A DNA stretch of 64,000 bases from an uncultured Pseudomonadota bacterium (GTDB taxonomy: Bacteria > Pseudomonadota > Alphaproteobacteria > Rs-D84): NCBI GenBank assembly GCA_902795435.1, contig CADBLE010000004.1, forward strand, positions 71,601 to 135,600. The letters run 5' to 3'. The notes under the pieces were generated by a model, which was not told where the DNA came from, ran no database searches, and saw only the letters and a list, made by a program, of their open reading frames with translations. Positions 41,936 to 51,036 of the stretch are shown here, piece after piece. Position 1 is the first letter of the stretch; every line of letters begins with the position of its first letter. The position numbers were made by a program, and so were the translations under genes.

Positions 41936-41960
41936 CCCCAAAACCCGTTTTTATAAACAA

Positions 41961-41992
41961 AAAACACCGGCGGTTGCCGGTATTTTTTACTT
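41961..41992. terminator. bidirectional intrinsic terminator (accggcggttgccggt)
   Basis: aaaaaacaccggcggttgccggtatttttta; the same accggt-type palindrome occurs at 217, 22543 and 49331. Confidence 0.55.
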
Positions 41993-42011
41993 TTTTTATA
42001 TTTTTACACTT

Positions 42012-42389
42012 TTAACAAATTTCTGCGTCGGCAAAGGCGAATTGTGTCAAAGAATTTTCTTTTGCCTGGATACAGATATATTGCATTTCTGTTGTGCCTG
42101 TATTTTCCATTGCGCGTTTTGCACCAGTTGCGACACGAACGGCTGTTCCTGGTTTTATATCAAAAATTTCATCATCAACCATAAATTTTCCATTACCAGA
42201 CAAGAAAATATAGATTTCTTCGTTTTGTTTATGAATATGATTAAATGGTGATTTTGCACCCGCTGGCATAACACTGACAGAAATTTCAGCAGATGTTAAA
42301 TTCAATGTGTCGTGCAAGAAAGCCTTGCCATATTCTGTTTTTGCGACATCTGCCATTGTGCCAAAATTAGTTATAGAATATTTTGCCAT
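42012..42389 (-). CDS. cupin-domain protein
   Basis: 125 aa with a G(X)5HXH-like motif (FNHIHKQNEEIYIFLSGNG...) and a second cupin motif (PGTAVRVATGAKRAM). Confidence 0.55.
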   Translation of the reverse strand: MAKYSITNFGTMADVAKTEYGKAFLHDTLNLTSAEISVSVMPAGAKSPFNHIHKQNEEIYIFLSGNGKFMVDDEIFDIKPGTAVRVATGAKRAMENTGTTEMQYICIQAKENSLTQFAFADAEIC

Positions 42390-42467
42390 ATTTTTACTCC
42401 TTTGTTTTTTATAGTTTATGATTATTATTTTGATTCTGCAACCGCTATTTTTTCACGCAATTCAGAT

Positions 42468-43046
42468 TCATCTGCCTTCTCTTTTTATATAAATCAAAGA
42501 ATCACATTTTCCGACACATTTTGCATAACTGGCCATTGGCAGTGTTTCTTCCAATTTATAACCATTGCGTTTTGCAAGATTTTCAGAATGAATATTTCCG
42601 TTATCTATATCCAATTTTATTTTCTTGAAACCAAATTTAAATAATTCTTTTTCTAAACCAGATAATGCTTCACTCATATAACCATTACCATTGACCGATT
42701 GTATTAACCAATACCCAATTTCACAGCTATTATCTTTTACATCAAAGAAACGAATTCGTCCTATTAAATTATCATTATGATAAATACCAAATAAAACACC
42801 TTCATTTTTAGATATTTGTTCATATCTGTGTTTCAATTTTTCAAGGACTTCTGCCACAGTATGTAATTTACCAAAATGTCCCTGCCAGTTTTCCAGATAA
42901 TCACGATTTTTTTCAATTATATCTAATCCGATTTCGGCATTTTCCATTGTTGGTAAAATAACCCGTAAAACCAATCTTGGTGTTTTTATAATTTGTGGAA
43001 ATTCTGTTAAATTTTTCATCTGTTTTCCTTTACTGTATTCACCCAA
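42468..43046 (-). CDS. GNAT N-acetyltransferase (RimJ/RimL-like)
   Basis: 192 aa. ...TPRLVLRVILPTMENAEI... is a RimJ-type N-terminus, with a GNAT core (IGYWLIQSVNGNGYMSEAL). Confidence 0.55.
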   Translation of the reverse strand: MGEYSKGKQMKNLTEFPQIIKTPRLVLRVILPTMENAEIGLDIIEKNRDYLENWQGHFGKLHTVAEVLEKLKHRYEQISKNEGVLFGIYHNDNLIGRIRFFDVKDNSCEIGYWLIQSVNGNGYMSEALSGLEKELFKFGFKKIKLDIDNGNIHSENLAKRNGYKLEETLPMASYAKCVGKCDSLIYIKREGR

Positions 43047-43567
43047 ACACGATGTTCTGAAAATCCGTCAAGATGACTGTCTGATAATTGTTCACCACCA
43101 TAAATATTTTTAGCCTTGTTTATAACTGCGAAAGAAGCATCATTTTCGGTATTACATGTAATTAAACACCGTTTCAGTCCGCGTTTTGATGCTTCTGCTA
43201 ATACCAATTCAAGTCCCTTGAACGCATAACCATGTCCACGTTTTGATGGACGAATTATATAACCAATATGCCCACCCCATTTCATAAGTGTTTCATTTAA
43301 ATCATGACGCAAAGTGAAAGAACCGATATATTCGTCATTATCCAATAACCAATATTTTGTATTACTTATCCAACCGTCTGGTAAATCTAAACCAATATCA
43401 TTTTTGCGTGCTTTTTCAAGCCATTCGTCAAATTTACCATCATCAACAGTTTTTAATAATTGACGTATACTGTCCAAACCGAATTTAGCAGTATCTGTTC
43501 TATATTCATTTATTGCAGATAAAAATATATCCGCATATTCGGGTGATACCTTGACTAATTTCAACAT
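43016..43567 (-). CDS. GNAT-family acetyltransferase
   Basis: 183 aa with GNAT motif A-like ...HIGYIIRPSKRGHGYAFKGLELVL... Confidence 0.5.
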   Translation of the reverse strand: MLKLVKVSPEYADIFLSAINEYRTDTAKFGLDSIRQLLKTVDDGKFDEWLEKARKNDIGLDLPDGWISNTKYWLLDNDEYIGSFTLRHDLNETLMKWGGHIGYIIRPSKRGHGYAFKGLELVLAEASKRGLKRCLITCNTENDASFAVINKAKNIYGGEQLSDSHLDGFSEHRVWVNTVKENR

Positions 43568-43631
43568 TTTTTATTATCTTTTTTATTTGAATATTTTATC
43601 ATAAAATAGAATTATTTACAAAAATTTAGAT

Positions 43632-44246
43632 TTATAAAAAACACTTTCTTAAACTTTCACCAGTGTCGTTTTGGTCAATGCGTTTATTACGGATTTCTTC
43701 TTCTGCTTTCAGGTGTTGTTTCAATAAAATTATATCAGGATGCGATTGTAATTCTTCATTTAATTTATCAACCGCGGAATCTATTTCTTTTTGTTCCCTG
43801 ACAAATATTGGTGTGATAGAAATTGCCGCAGATTTCAGCGATTTTTCCAATAATTCTTGGTTATCATCTATGACTGATAAATATGCACGAATATGTTCGT
43901 CTTCGTGTGATAAAACCGCATTATAAGAACAACTGTTTTTTTTATGTGATAAATCAATTTGCACCAAAAAATCAGAATATCCAATTGTTGCATCAACGCG
44001 TTTTAATGCGACACAAAAACCGTCTTCTATTGATGTTATATCGGTTGTTAATTCATAATTATCAACCATAGTTGCAATAACATCACCATGTAAAACATCC
44101 ATTTTTTGTAATGGTTGAACAACCTGTTTTGACCAAGTTGGTGTTTTTATATTTATATCTGGATTTAATTTATAACTAAGGCAATCATCAGCCAAAACCA
44201 AATTTGGTAACAAACAAAATACAAAAAGCAGAATTTTTTTCAACAT
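43632..44246 (-). CDS. secreted putative Zn-dependent peptidase (HExxH; DUF922-like)
   Basis: Signal peptide MLKKILLFVFCLLPNLVLA, a single HEDEH motif (LSHEDEHIRAY), and a location directly downstream of virB4. Confidence 0.4.
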   Translation of the reverse strand: MLKKILLFVFCLLPNLVLADDCLSYKLNPDINIKTPTWSKQVVQPLQKMDVLHGDVIATMVDNYELTTDITSIEDGFCVALKRVDATIGYSDFLVQIDLSHKKNSCSYNAVLSHEDEHIRAYLSVIDDNQELLEKSLKSAAISITPIFVREQKEIDSAVDKLNEELQSHPDIILLKQHLKAEEEIRNKRIDQNDTGESLRKCFL

Positions 44247-44249
44247 ATA

Positions 44250-46664
44250 TTACATTGTTTGTTTTTTCAGATATTCTTCAACAAAATTATTTCCATAATT
44301 TCTGTATAATTCTTCGGCTAATAATACAGAAGAACGACCCGATTCAAACAAACGCAACATATTACCCAATCCGCCTAATTCAGTATTCAAAATTACAGAT
44401 TCACCATTTACAGGACGCGATAATAATACCGCACGTTTCAGATTTGGATATGCTTTGCCCTGGATAAATGCCATTTCAAGTGGATTCAGATTCCATTTTT
44501 CATAATCGCTTAAATCAGCCGCAGGATTACGGAAGAATAATACTGTTTGTGCCTGGCCACGGACAACATCACCAATTCCAAGTTTATCCAAAACATTTGC
44601 ACGTTGGAAAGAAACCATGTATGCCTGGCGATTTTTACGACCTTCTTGTAAACCGGCTATGAAATTATCACGGAACATTTTGTTTTCAAGCATAGGTGCA
44701 GTTTCGTCAATCATAATCAAAGATGGATTTCCACCAGATACAGTTGTGTTATTTATTCTGTGCAAGATATAAGATATAACTGCAGGTGCTAAAATTTCAT
44801 CTTGCAAAATATCTGTAAAATCAAATGTTGTTAAACGCGCGTTCAAATCAAGTGTATCTTCTGTTTCATTGAAAATATCACCATATTGTAATGGGTCTAT
44901 CCATTTTTTCAATTCGCCACGCATTGTTCCTTCACTTGAAAAACAACTTTCATACAGATTTTTCAATAATCTGTCTTCGTCTTTCAAATAATCAAAATTC
45001 ACAGATACAGCACGTGCAATTTCATCACTTGATAAAACATCACTTTGACCCGTAATCATTGCAAACCAACGTCTTAAAAATGCACGATTTGCCGCCGTAT
45101 CAGGCATTTTTAACGGATTTAAGTGTGTTAAAAATACATCTTGTTTTGCGTCTTTTTCTTTACCGTTCATGGTTATATATTTACCATCAACAGCCAGAGT
45201 AAATATTTCAGCACCCTTGTTTCTATCAAAGAAGAACGCTTTTAACTTTTGATGTCTCAGAGATTGTGCAATAAGGAACGAGAACAAAGTTGTTTTACCA
45301 CCACCGGTTGGACCAATCGTCAATGTATGGCCCACCGCAGCCGGTTTATCAGAAACATGAAATTGAAATTGATATGGTGTTCCCTGGGCAGTTGGGAATA
45401 TAACCAATGGACCATTTCCCCAATCGCTGTTTTCAACACCGCGTGGCATAGAAGACAAAGGTATACTGACCGCGGCGGTTTTTGATAACATACTGAAACT
45501 GCGTGGAAAAATATTAAATCCAGGAATCAAAGAAAAGAATGATGCCTTGGCTGCAAAATTTTCAACCACAGGTGCGACACCAAAAGACGCAGATATTTTC
45601 TTTAATTCAGAAACATTTTTTTCAAGTTCGTCTTTATTATAACCAAATAATATAAACAATGGATAATAATCAACCAATGTTTGTGCACCAGTTATATTTT
45701 CATCCATAGATGATTGTGCCTGTTCAATTTGTTCTATTGTTGAATCTTCTGTTTCATCTGTAATTGTTGATTTATGCTGATTTAACAGAGTTTCTATATC
45801 ACTGGATTTCAAAATATGAAATGCATTCATACAAATCATTTCACATTGTATCGTTGATACACTGTTGAAAAATTCTTCGTCCATAAAATCAGGTGCAGAT
45901 TTAAACGAAACCAAAGACGCATAATATGTTTTATCGCCACTTGAATATTCAATAATTCCATTTTTATTAAAAGATACATTATCAACCGCGACTTCATCAG
46001 AAATATTATTATCGCATTTTTTTATAATTGGTTTTGTAACCGGTGATAATATACGACCAAATAAAGTCGCCATGTTATTAAAACTGTCATGTTTTAATAA
46101 TACAGGTTTATACACAGATAACATAGATTCTATGTAATTAGAATAATGTAATATTTTATCATAATTATTTGCGCCACTTACAGATATCACAACATAATAA
46201 CTGTTATTAAATATCTGTAATCCCTGGTTATTCCATTTATCATAAATTTTTTGCAGTGTTTTTTGATGAAATTCATAATTTGTTTTTTCGTCTACTTTAT
46301 CACGAATAGTATAAAAACGAATATGAACAGATGGATCTTGGATTTGATTAAATAATTGTGCACGCAAATCCAGTAATTTTCCACGATTATCTTCGTCCAT
46401 ATTACTTGTTTGAACACCGTTTATTTTATAAGCACGCGCCAAAGAACCATCTGTCAAAGATATAATATCATCTTTATAAACACCCTTGAACGGTAAATAA
46501 TCGGAATATTTCGCATAACCGAATTCAGGTAATATTTTTTTTGTTATTGCCGGTATATAAGCTAACAAAATAATAAAAACTAATAAAATTGACATAGCAA
46601 TAATAACCAATGTCAATGCCATTGAATTAGAATTTCCTGCAAAATAATTAAATAAATATTCCAT
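44250..46664 (-). CDS. virB4: type IV secretion system ATPase VirB4/TrbE family
   Basis: 804 aa with Walker A TLTIGPTGGGKTTLFSFL, Walker B LIMIDETAPML and N-terminal membrane segments. A virB3-like gene lies 1 nt upstream. Confidence 0.8.
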   Translation of the reverse strand: MEYLFNYFAGNSNSMALTLVIIAMSILLVFIILLAYIPAITKKILPEFGYAKYSDYLPFKGVYKDDIISLTDGSLARAYKINGVQTSNMDEDNRGKLLDLRAQLFNQIQDPSVHIRFYTIRDKVDEKTNYEFHQKTLQKIYDKWNNQGLQIFNNSYYVVISVSGANNYDKILHYSNYIESMLSVYKPVLLKHDSFNNMATLFGRILSPVTKPIIKKCDNNISDEVAVDNVSFNKNGIIEYSSGDKTYYASLVSFKSAPDFMDEEFFNSVSTIQCEMICMNAFHILKSSDIETLLNQHKSTITDETEDSTIEQIEQAQSSMDENITGAQTLVDYYPLFILFGYNKDELEKNVSELKKISASFGVAPVVENFAAKASFFSLIPGFNIFPRSFSMLSKTAAVSIPLSSMPRGVENSDWGNGPLVIFPTAQGTPYQFQFHVSDKPAAVGHTLTIGPTGGGKTTLFSFLIAQSLRHQKLKAFFFDRNKGAEIFTLAVDGKYITMNGKEKDAKQDVFLTHLNPLKMPDTAANRAFLRRWFAMITGQSDVLSSDEIARAVSVNFDYLKDEDRLLKNLYESCFSSEGTMRGELKKWIDPLQYGDIFNETEDTLDLNARLTTFDFTDILQDEILAPAVISYILHRINNTTVSGGNPSLIMIDETAPMLENKMFRDNFIAGLQEGRKNRQAYMVSFQRANVLDKLGIGDVVRGQAQTVLFFRNPAADLSDYEKWNLNPLEMAFIQGKAYPNLKRAVLLSRPVNGESVILNTELGGLGNMLRLFESGRSSVLLAEELYRNYGNNFVEEYLKKQTM

Positions 46665-46665
46665 T

Positions 46666-46962
46666 TTATACTACCAATTTTCCCGGTATTCTGCTTTTAA
46701 GAATTCTGAAACTTGAAAATATTATTTGCGCTATTTGTGGTTCTTTTTTTGAATAAAACGCCAAAATACTGTGTGATAAAAATAATAAACCAATAAAAAC
46801 CAGTGGTGTTATCATTGGTATATCCTGGGTTGTTATCAAAAAAACAATCATTACAGCAACAAATAATAAAAACCAAAACAAGAAATTCAGCATAGCAAGA
46901 TTATAAGCCACATAAAATATGCGTGGTGGATTTGCCAAAGCCTTTAAAACACGTTGTTTCAA
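46666..46962 (-). CDS. virB3: type IV secretion system protein VirB3/TrbD-like
   Basis: 98 aa with two TM segments, ending 1 nt before the virB4 start. Confidence 0.6.
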   Translation of the reverse strand: MKQRVLKALANPPRIFYVAYNLAMLNFLFWFLLFVAVMIVFLITTQDIPMITPLVFIGLLFLSHSILAFYSKKEPQIAQIIFSSFRILKSRIPGKLVV

Positions 46963-47278
46963 AATTCCCTCTCCAGTTTTATGTTGTAATTATAACAATT
47001 TCAACTTTTTTCAACAAGTATAAAAGTAAAAATCTATGATTTTGTTAAAAATATTAAAATTTCGATTATTTTCAACATGTTGATATTTTTGTTTTTTTTA
47101 ACTCAAATTTTATAAAAACAGCAGAAAACTTGGATTTTTTTGTTGAAAAACTGTTTATAAAAAGTTGAAAAAAGTTTTTAATAAAATAAACACCCCCAAC
47201 AAAAACAACAATAATTTATAATAATTATTTGATTTTTTAGAAATCTGGTTTATAATTGCCCAGTAAAAAGGATTAAAC

Positions 47279-47413
47279 ATGAAATTTTTAAGTTCACTTA
47301 AAGCTTGGAAAAAACGTGGAAATGTTAAACAAATCCGTCGTGGTAAACAAGTTATCTTGATTGACCCTTCTAATCCTAAATTAAAGGCAAAACAGGGATT
47401 CAAGAAAAAATAA
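47279..47413 (+). CDS. rpmJ: 50S ribosomal protein L36, zinc-free type B (YkgO/RpmJ2-like)
   Basis: MKFLSSLKAWKKRGNVKQIRRGKQVILIDPSNPKLKAKQGFKKK aligns with type-B L36 (MKVLSSLKSAK.R...[24 protein letters not shown]) and lacks its Cys residues. It has an AAAGGA SD 8 nt upstream, a TTTGAT-N17-TATAAT promoter and a downstream hairpin terminator. At 44 codons it is below the ORF-track cutoff. Confidence 0.6.
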   Translation: MKFLSSLKAWKKRGNVKQIRRGKQVILIDPSNPKLKAKQGFKKK

Positions 47414-47424
47414 TATAATCCAAT

Positions 47425-47468
47425 TGGATATGTTTTTTATACCCGTTTTATTACGGGTATTTTTTTAT
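47425..47468. terminator. bidirectional intrinsic terminator (acccgttttattacgggt)
   Basis: tttttatacccgttttattacgggtattttttt between the convergent rpmJ and sufD-like genes. Confidence 0.55.
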
Positions 47469-48160
47469 AATGAAAGAAACGCTTCGGCCAAGATATCTTT
47501 AACTTCTTTTTCACCCAGACCAGCAGATTTAAGATAATTTATCTGGAAATTATTTGGTTTGTACAAAGAAGCACTGTGTGATGCACCAAGTGGTATAGAT
47601 TTGATATTTTGAACAGGTTTCAATTTTATTTTTGCACTTTCATCCGCCATCACAGAAAAAGAAACATCACTTTCACAACCAGGCATATTTTTTTCTATGA
47701 TTGCATAACCATTTAATTCAGTTTCTGAATTTTTATATGCCAGAACATGATTTTTTATAAAAATACCGGTATTTGAAGCTAAATGTTCACCATACGCGTT
47801 TATTTTTAATAAATTATGATTTTCTGCGACAATTTTTCCGTTAAAAATACTGTTTTGGCCGGTATTTTTAACATAAACAGTCAAATTTGCAGATTTTTCA
47901 TTTTTTATTCTGGCAGTCATAAAAACATTACAATTACCGGCATTTATGTTTATTTTTAATTCATTTTCATTTTCAATATTTCCAATATAGATAATATGAA
48001 TTGGTAAATCTGATTTTTCATTTATATCTATAATATTCAATCCTGGAAAATATACTGCAGATTTATAATCTGATAAATCTTCGCAAAATAAACCATCACG
48101 GAAAACCAAAGTTTCCGCTGGAAATGTTTTTATATTGAATTCTTGCCAAAGGTATGACAT
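47465..48160 (-). CDS. SufB/SufD-family protein, short (SufD-like C-terminal domain only)
   Basis: The C-terminus GCESDVSFSVMADESAKIKLKP...IPLGASHSASLYKPNNFQINYLKSAGLGEKEVKDILAEAFL matches the SufD C-terminal pattern (…H.A..G.LDE..LFYL.SRG…EA..LL..AF). It is only about 231 aa, and no sufB or sufC is adjacent. Confidence 0.4.
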   Translation of the reverse strand: MSYLWQEFNIKTFPAETLVFRDGLFCEDLSDYKSAVYFPGLNIIDINEKSDLPIHIIYIGNIENENELKININAGNCNVFMTARIKNEKSANLTVYVKNTGQNSIFNGKIVAENHNLLKINAYGEHLASNTGIFIKNHVLAYKNSETELNGYAIIEKNMPGCESDVSFSVMADESAKIKLKPVQNIKSIPLGASHSASLYKPNNFQINYLKSAGLGEKEVKDILAEAFLSL

Positions 48161-48236
48161 ATTTATAACCGAATTATTATATAGCAATATAATATAAAAA
48201 ATATAAACAAAATACAACTTTAATTGGTGAAAAGAT

Positions 48237-49316
48237 ATGGGATTTAATTGTGGTATTGTTGGATTACCAAATGTTGGAAAATCTACATTATTTAATGCTT
48301 TGACTCAAAGTGCGGCTGCGGACGCTCAAAATTATCCGTTTTGTACAATAGAACCAAATACAGGTCGTGTTGTCGTTCCAGATGCAACATTACATAATCT
48401 GGCTAAAGTGGCTGGGGCGGAACGCATAATACCAACACAACTTGAAATTGTTGATATTGCTGGTCTGGTCAAAGGTGCGTCCAGTGGTGAAGGACTTGGA
48501 AACAAGTTTTTATCAAATATTCTTGAAACAGATGCAATTATTCATGTGGTCAGATGTTTTGAAAATGATGATATTGTTCATGTAAATGGAAAAATAGACC
48601 CCTTATCAGATATTGAAACAATTGAAACTGAATTGATGTTAGCGGATATTGAAAGTCTGGATAATCAAATCAAAAAACTTGAAAAGAAAGTTCATGGTCT
48701 TGATAAAAACGCCGCAAAATTATTAGAAGACGCAAAAAGTATAAAATCAAATCTTGAAAAATCTATTCCTGCAAGATTACAAGATGTAGATGCAACACCA
48801 TTTAATTTATTGACTAAAAAGCCGGTAATTTATGTATGTAATGTTGAAGAATCTGCCGCAAGCAAGGGAAATAAATTTTCAGATATGGTTGTTGAAAAAT
48901 ATTCTTCTGTTTCACCTGTGTTGATTATTTCATCAAAAATAGAAATGGAAATTGCACAAATTGTTGATGTAGATGAAAGAAAAATGTTTCTTGATGAACT
49001 TGGTTTATCTCAATCTGGTTTGGAACAGGTTATTCACACCGGTTATGATACATTGGGTTTACAAACATTTTATACCGTTGGTCCAAAAGAAGCGCACGCA
49101 TGGACAATAACCAAGGGTATGACCGCACCTCAGGCGGCTGGTAAAATTCACAGTGATTTTGAACGCGGATTTATTCGCGCTGAAATTATATCACCGGCTG
49201 ATTATATTCAATATGGTGGCGAAGTTGCAGTGAAAGAAGCCGGTAAAATGAGATTAGTTGGTAAAGAATATATTATGCAAGAAGGCGATATATGTCATTT
49301 CTTGTTTAATGTATAA
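48237..49316 (+). CDS. ychF: ribosome-binding ATPase YchF (Ola1)
   Basis: MGFNCGIVGLPNVGKSTLFNALT and the C-terminal TGS domain. Confidence 0.9.
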   Translation: MGFNCGIVGLPNVGKSTLFNALTQSAAADAQNYPFCTIEPNTGRVVVPDATLHNLAKVAGAERIIPTQLEIVDIAGLVKGASSGEGLGNKFLSNILETDAIIHVVRCFENDDIVHVNGKIDPLSDIETIETELMLADIESLDNQIKKLEKKVHGLDKNAAKLLEDAKSIKSNLEKSIPARLQDVDATPFNLLTKKPVIYVCNVEESAASKGNKFSDMVVEKYSSVSPVLIISSKIEMEIAQIVDVDERKMFLDELGLSQSGLEQVIHTGYDTLGLQTFYTVGPKEAHAWTITKGMTAPQAAGKIHSDFERGFIRAEIISPADYIQYGGEVAVKEAGKMRLVGKEYIMQEGDICHFLFNV

Positions 49317-49422
49317 AAAATAAATAAAATACCGGTAAATACCGGTATTTTTAATTTTTTAATAAAACAAAATAAAATCCCGGCTTTTTTGATAAAAATG
49401 TTAAAAAACACCGGGAATTTTT

Positions 49423-51036
49423 TTATTCGTTAAACAATTTTAATTTGTTTGTTACTTCTTGAATTTTATCATTTAACAATTTCAATTTGTTTTTATTTTC
49501 TTCTGAATCATTTTTTATATTTGATAAAAATTCTTTTCTTTCGTTATTTAATCTGTCTAATAATTTTTTTAACTGTAATTTTTTAATGTAATCTTCTGCA
49601 TCTTTTAAAGATAAATCTGTTTTTTCAGATTCTTCATCAAAAGATATATTTAATGAAGATAAAAATTCTACATATTTTTCAGATAATTCAGGATATGTTT
49701 GAACAATAGATTTTAATATATTGGTTGATCTATCAACAATATTTGGCATTTCTATATTTATAATATTTGTTTTACGTGACCATTTATGCCATTCATTGAA
49801 TTTTCTTTTATTATATTCTTGTTCTATTTCATTTTGGAAAATTTTATCTTTGATTTTAGAAATACAATCTTTCAAGAATTTTTCTGCCTGGGTTCTGCCA
49901 CTTGGGGTTTGTGTTAAATAATTTTTATTTACACTTTGCCACAAGAAATCTATCAAAGGCATTGCATCATCTATAATTTTTTGCATTGCAGATGTACCCT
50001 GTTTTTTCAAGATTTCATCTGGGTCTTTACCACCAGAAACAAACGCAAATTTTACATCAGAATTATCACGCAAAAATGGTAAAACCAGCAGACACGCCCG
50101 CATAGCGGCCTTTTGTCCGGCGGTGTCACCATCAAAACAAAATGTTATATTTCTGTTTGATTTACATAAAATTGCAATATGATCTTCAGTCAAAGCGGTC
50201 CCCAATGGTGCGACAGTTTCTGGAAAACCATGAACCTGCATTTGAATTGCGTCTATTTGACCTTCTACAATAATACTTCTGTTTTGACGATGAATAAAAT
50301 CACGCGCAAAATTAAAACCGAATATGGTTTGTCTTTTATGAAATAATTCTGTATCGGATGTGTTTATATATTTTGGTTCACTGCCATCTAAAGAACGTCC
50401 TGAAAAAGCAACAATTTGACCATGTGCATTAAATATAGGAAACATCAATTTATGACGAAAGAAATCGTATGGACCATAATCACCAATTCTTACCAATCCA
50501 GTTGATACCAATTTTTCAGTTTTTATACCAGAAAATTTAGATGAAATAATATTATTTTTAGGTGCGTAACCCAATCTATATTTTTTTATCATTTCATCAC
50601 TGAATCCGCGATTTTTAATATATTCCAATGCTTCACGACCAGATTCAGAATATAATAAATTTTGATAAATTTGAGCCGCCTGTTCAGTGATATCTATGTA
50701 TGTTTTTTCTTTTTCAATTTGTTGCTGAGATTTTTGTTTTATTTCTGGTAATTTTAATCCCGCCATTTCTGCCAATTCAGTAATTGCGGTCTTGAAATCT
50801 ACATTTTCAGATTTCATTGTAAAAGAAATAATATCACCATGTTCACCACAACCAAAACAATGATAAAAACCTTTTTCTTCACTGACAGAAAAAGAAGGTG
50901 TTTTTTCATTATGAAATGGACAACAACCCCAATAATTTTGTCCTTTCTTGGTTAAAGGAACACGACGAGAAATCACATCAACCAAAGATAATCTTTGTCT
51001 TAATTCATCTGTAAAAGAATTATCATATTTAGCCAA
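49423..51036 (-). CDS. dnaG: DNA primase
   Basis: Zinc ribbon CCPFHNEKTPSFSV...YHCFGCGEHGD and the Toprim motif EGQIDAI. Confidence 0.85.
   Translation of the reverse strand: MAKYDNSFTDELRQRLSLVDVISRRVPLTKKGQNYWGCCPFHNEKTPSFSVSEEKGFYHCFGCGEHGDIISFTMKSENVDFKTAITELAEMAGLKLPEIKQKSQQQIEKEKTYIDITEQAAQIYQNLLYSESGREALEYIKNRGFSDEMIKKYRLGYAPKNNIISSKFSGIKTEKLVSTGLVRIGDYGPYDFFRHKLMFPIFNAHGQIVAFSGRSLDGSEPKYINTSDTELFHKRQTIFGFNFARDFIHRQNRSIIVEGQIDAIQMQVHGFPETVAPLGTALTEDHIAILCKSNRNITFCFDGDTAGQKAAMRACLLVLPFLRDNSDVKFAFVSGGKDPDEILKKQGTSAMQKIIDDAMPLIDFLWQSVNKNYLTQTPSGRTQAEKFLKDCISKIKDKIFQNEIEQEYNKRKFNEWHKWSRKTNIINIEMPNIVDRSTNILKSIVQTYPELSEKYVEFLSSLNISFDEESEKTDLSLKDAEDYIKKLQLKKLLDRLNNERKEFLSNIKNDSEENKNKLKLLNDKIQEVTNKLKLFNE

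Noticed and set aside
47155-47403. 82-aa minus-strand ORF
   Set aside because: It overlaps a much better supported plus-strand rpmJ (L36) gene with its SD and promoter, and its translation is low-complexity.
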